Origin: an uncultured virus (IMG/VR IMGVR_UViG_3300048609_000030)
Lineage: Duplodnaviria > Heunggongvirae > Uroviricota > Caudoviricetes
Reading direction: 5' to 3' (one strand)
Length of the DNA stretch: 64,000 bases
Virus record (IMG/VR): IMGVR_UViG_3300048609_000030
The notes under the pieces are model-generated. The model was not told the DNA's origin. It worked only from the letters and a program-made list of their open reading frames with translations, and ran no database searches. A program made the translations under genes and the position numbers. Position 1 is the first letter of the stretch. Each line of letters opens with the position of its first letter. Of this stretch, positions 61,057 through 64,000 are shown piece after piece.

Positions 61057-62040
61057 ATGCAGCTTGATGACTTTCCCTACATCGCTGGCTATTTTGATGC
61101 TGAAGGTTGTGTTGGCCTTGCTTTTAGCACTGCTTGGTCTTGCTACGTGCAGTTCAAACAAACACAGCCCCAGGTCATTGCATGGTTGCTTCAACAATTC
61201 GACGGCAACACTTGGATCGAAGAACCTGAAGTTGGTCGACGACTTCTTCGTCTCAGATTCTGTTCGTTTGCTGAAACAACAAGATTTTTGCGTGCTATTG
61301 AACCGTTCTGCAAAGAGAAACATGAGCAAGTAGTAAAGGTACTAGAACAGTATCGACCAGACAGTACTACGAATTGGCGTCTCAAACGGGAATTGGAAGA
61401 TTTAAAGAAAGCTGTAAGTAGGCCGCTTATTCTGGAGAAACACCTAGCGGTTGCTGTCCACGATCCGAATCGTCTTTGTTCGGTAGTAGGGTGTACCAAG
61501 AAATCTTTCGCGCGTGGACGATGCTCGGTACACTACACTGCTGCACGTCTTAAAGGAGAGTTTACACCTCGAAAAAGACAAGAAGGCGTACCGTTTGTGT
61601 ATGACGTCGTGCCGACAGATGACGACCGCCGTTACTTAGCGGGATATTTTGACGGTGATGGTTGTGTATTGGTACACCGTGAGAAATACGGTTGGGGCAT
61701 CAAAGTGCATTTTGGACAAACACAACTGCACGCGATCAAGTTAATGCACACAATCTACCACGGGTCATTGTCGGAACGTCGTGTCAAACCTGGCTGCAAA
61801 CCTGTTTTCGATCTGCAAATTGTACAACGTGAGGCTGCTCTTGCCTTTCTACGTGACGTACAACCATATACTAAAGAGAAGCGCGATCAAATTGATATCG
61901 CCCTTGCTCAATATGATCCACGTGCTTCAAAAGAGACAGGGGTATTACTACAACAAACACTGACGGCGATGAAGAAACGTGAATACACAAAAAACGATCT
62001 TACTACCCTTGTCAACCGTGTTGTCCGAAACAGGGCGTAG
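61057..62040 (+). CDS. Two-domain LAGLIDADG homing endonuclease with central Zn finger
   Basis: YIAGYFDAEGCV and YLAGYFDGDGCV; CSVVGC..RGRCSVHY. Confidence 0.85.
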   Translation: MQLDDFPYIAGYFDAEGCVGLAFSTAWSCYVQFKQTQPQVIAWLLQQFDGNTWIEEPEVGRRLLRLRFCSFAETTRFLRAIEPFCKEKHEQVVKVLEQYRPDSTTNWRLKRELEDLKKAVSRPLILEKHLAVAVHDPNRLCSVVGCTKKSFARGRCSVHYTAARLKGEFTPRKRQEGVPFVYDVVPTDDDRRYLAGYFDGDGCVLVHREKYGWGIKVHFGQTQLHAIKLMHTIYHGSLSERRVKPGCKPVFDLQIVQREAALAFLRDVQPYTKEKRDQIDIALAQYDPRASKETGVLLQQTLTAMKKREYTKNDLTTLVNRVVRNRA

Positions 62041-62256
62041 ACGATAGGAGGTACAGGTGCTGAAAGTACAAAAACTGTGTACGTATATGAAAGCTAGAGC
62101 TGCCTACGAAGGTGTTGTTTGGAAGCTTACTAACAACTTCATACAACGCAACTTTGATGTTGGTATTCGTACCTTCTTTGGTGTGCAAATTGATAATGCG
62201 GGCAATCTTCTCGAAGATACGCAACAACCGGAGTTTTTTAGACAATATCACACGAA

Positions 62257-62814
62257 TTGATGATCTCTTTACGGTACTTTGTCTGGACTCGCTATGGTAC
62301 CGAAGCCGGTGAGCCAATCGAAGAGATACTAAGGCGCAAAGAAGCCGAACGCGTCGCCAACAACGGCATCTTCCTCTGGGGTATCGGTAATGCTCTCGGT
62401 CCTTCCATCCAAGCCCTCAAAAAGCGTGTAGCCGACCCCTGCGTCGTGTTCAGTCCCATAAAGACACCTCCACGCGCGATTGACGTACGGCCCTCCAAGG
62501 TCGTTTCCTGGACAACAGGAGAGCTAATCGACGGTACTGCCTACAGGCTGCCTGTCCACTCGATTGTCACAAGCCGCGAGAAACGTGCCCACTACGCGCT
62601 TGTCTGTTTCAGCACACAAAAGCTGTGTTTTGAAGCCGCAACTGAGACCGTCGAGTTCGGAACACTTCGTAATCTTGTCTCGGGGCGACCTTTGGGTAGG
62701 CAACAAGTCACAGCCGTAGTTGAACGCTGTATGACGTCATGTGGCGACACTTACGCCTATCCCGCAACGATTGTTAGCCTGTACCCGCCCTACTACGTCA
62801 AGTTGACATCGTGA
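62257..62814 (+). CDS. Conserved hypothetical protein
   Basis: WTRYGTEAGE..RKEAER..FLWGIGN; HYALVC; QVTAVV. Confidence 0.65.
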   Translation: MMISLRYFVWTRYGTEAGEPIEEILRRKEAERVANNGIFLWGIGNALGPSIQALKKRVADPCVVFSPIKTPPRAIDVRPSKVVSWTTGELIDGTAYRLPVHSIVTSREKRAHYALVCFSTQKLCFEAATETVEFGTLRNLVSGRPLGRQQVTAVVERCMTSCGDTYAYPATIVSLYPPYYVKLTS

Positions 62815-63332
62815 AGCGGTGTTTTGCCAACAGGGTGCGCATCCGCATCGCGGCGTCCATTAGCTCGCCCAACTCGCCACCCGCTCTTGCACGCAGCCTC
62901 TTCACATCGGGCGACTCCGGCCCGCTTGTGTTGAGAGCGTCCACAAACTCGCCAAGTCGCTTTTGCTCCTTCTCGTTCATACACGTATGACGTTTGGGGA
63001 ATTGACAAGTGGACACTCTTTTGAGTTTGTCCTGCGATATTCGCGTGTTAGATGTTGTTAGAATATCCACTTCTGTGTATTCGTCATACGGTTGTATGAT
63101 CTCCAAAGCTCAGATCGAAGCACAAGTCCTTCGGGCGCAACTGAAGCTGATCGAACCAAGAGCTACGGTACGCCTAAAAGCAAATGGCTGGGACGTCTAT
63201 GCGCCGCCACTTCGTGCAGCGCGCTCGCGGGCCCTCCTTCGCGCGGTGGGCTTGGAGTGGTGTGGATCCTGGTGCTACAAAAGCGGCAAATGAGGCTTGT
63301 CGTTTTTGGCAGCTGCTAAACACTGAGGTTAA

Positions 63333-63668
63333 GTGGCGACGTTGGATGTGGCGAACCTGGGACCGAGCCTCACTGGCGTCGGTGCGTACGTCCACGTCTA
63401 CCAGAAGCTAGATCAGCGAGTCCGATACAGTCCACGGATAAAAGTCTATCCAGGTAACCCAGGCGCAGGCGACGCAACCACGATCGCGATTCCACACGAT
63501 GCCGAGCAAGAGCCGTATGTGACAGGCAGCGTCACAGTGTCGCGCGCCGTGCTGCGAAAGGCTCTGCACTTCGCCGATCTGAATCGCGACGTGCTGACAC
63601 GATACTGGGCGAATCCTGACATGGGCACAGACGAGCTGCTCGGTGAGCTGGTGACTCAGGTCGAATAA
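63333..63668 (+). CDS. DUF4160-like protein
   Basis: ANL...TG, SPRIKV, F..LNRDVL..YW; GAGG RBS. Confidence 0.55.
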   Translation: MATLDVANLGPSLTGVGAYVHVYQKLDQRVRYSPRIKVYPGNPGAGDATTIAIPHDAEQEPYVTGSVTVSRAVLRKALHFADLNRDVLTRYWANPDMGTDELLGELVTQVE

Positions 63669-64000
63669 TCAAAGAAGATTCAACGGTTAGCCCAAGCTAG
63701 AATATCGTTGTGGAAGGCGCGTCCAAGCTTGCGTATGATGTATGATCGCATGAGCAAGCTCAGCCTGATTTTTGTTGCACTTCTGGGTTGTGATTGGCGT
63801 CCTGAAGAGCAACTTGTAGCCGCTCCACAGCACGTAGATCGTGCAGTAGAAACAATCACAGAAGTGTTTGAAGCGGCGCACGGTACTCTTCCGCCTCTGA
63901 CAAACGACGTTTTTTGGGTTGACGCACCGTGTATGCGGCACGACGACAAATGCTGGACAGGTCTTTATTTTGAGGACGGACGGGATATTTGGCTTGGCAC

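Noticed and set aside
61057..62040. Group I intron or intein hosting the LAGLIDADG
   Set aside because: It has its own promoter and ATG, no intein termini, and no interrupted gene was recognised

Overview
Gene-dense, virus-like sequence: short, often overlapping ORFs, no rRNA/tRNA or housekeeping operons, and no recognisable terminase, portal or tail genes. It looks like part of a large bacteriophage-type genome. Main contents: (1) a minimal type V CRISPR-Cas system, made of a 781-aa TnpB-derived, Cas12m/V-U1-like effector with an intact D-E-D RuvC triad and an extra ~130-aa N-terminal Zn-finger module, a structured leader, and a ~3-kb array of roughly 45-48 repeats (GGATCAACYACTGCTCAACGCYTTACCTGTTGAGAC), with no cas1/cas2/cas4 in the window; (2) auxiliary genes (K+ channel pore, CoaB-like/aldolase-II fusion, SAM methyltransferase, ThyX, MazG, NUDIX, ATP-grasp, dual-specificity phosphatase, M23 lysin); (3) a nested-palindrome, iteron-like, AT-rich element at a strand switch (27.56-27.84 kb), a candidate replication origin, beside an AP2-domain gene; (4) a ~20-kb putative virion module (39-59 kb) with two paralogous ~240-aa candidate jelly-roll capsid proteins, many membrane-anchored proteins carrying GLG motifs, a transglutaminase-like Cys protease, and a recurring GATC-N8-GATC palindrome at promoters. 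The virion module suggests a large tailless, membrane-containing virus (inference). All protein family calls come from motifs recognised by eye; no searches were run.
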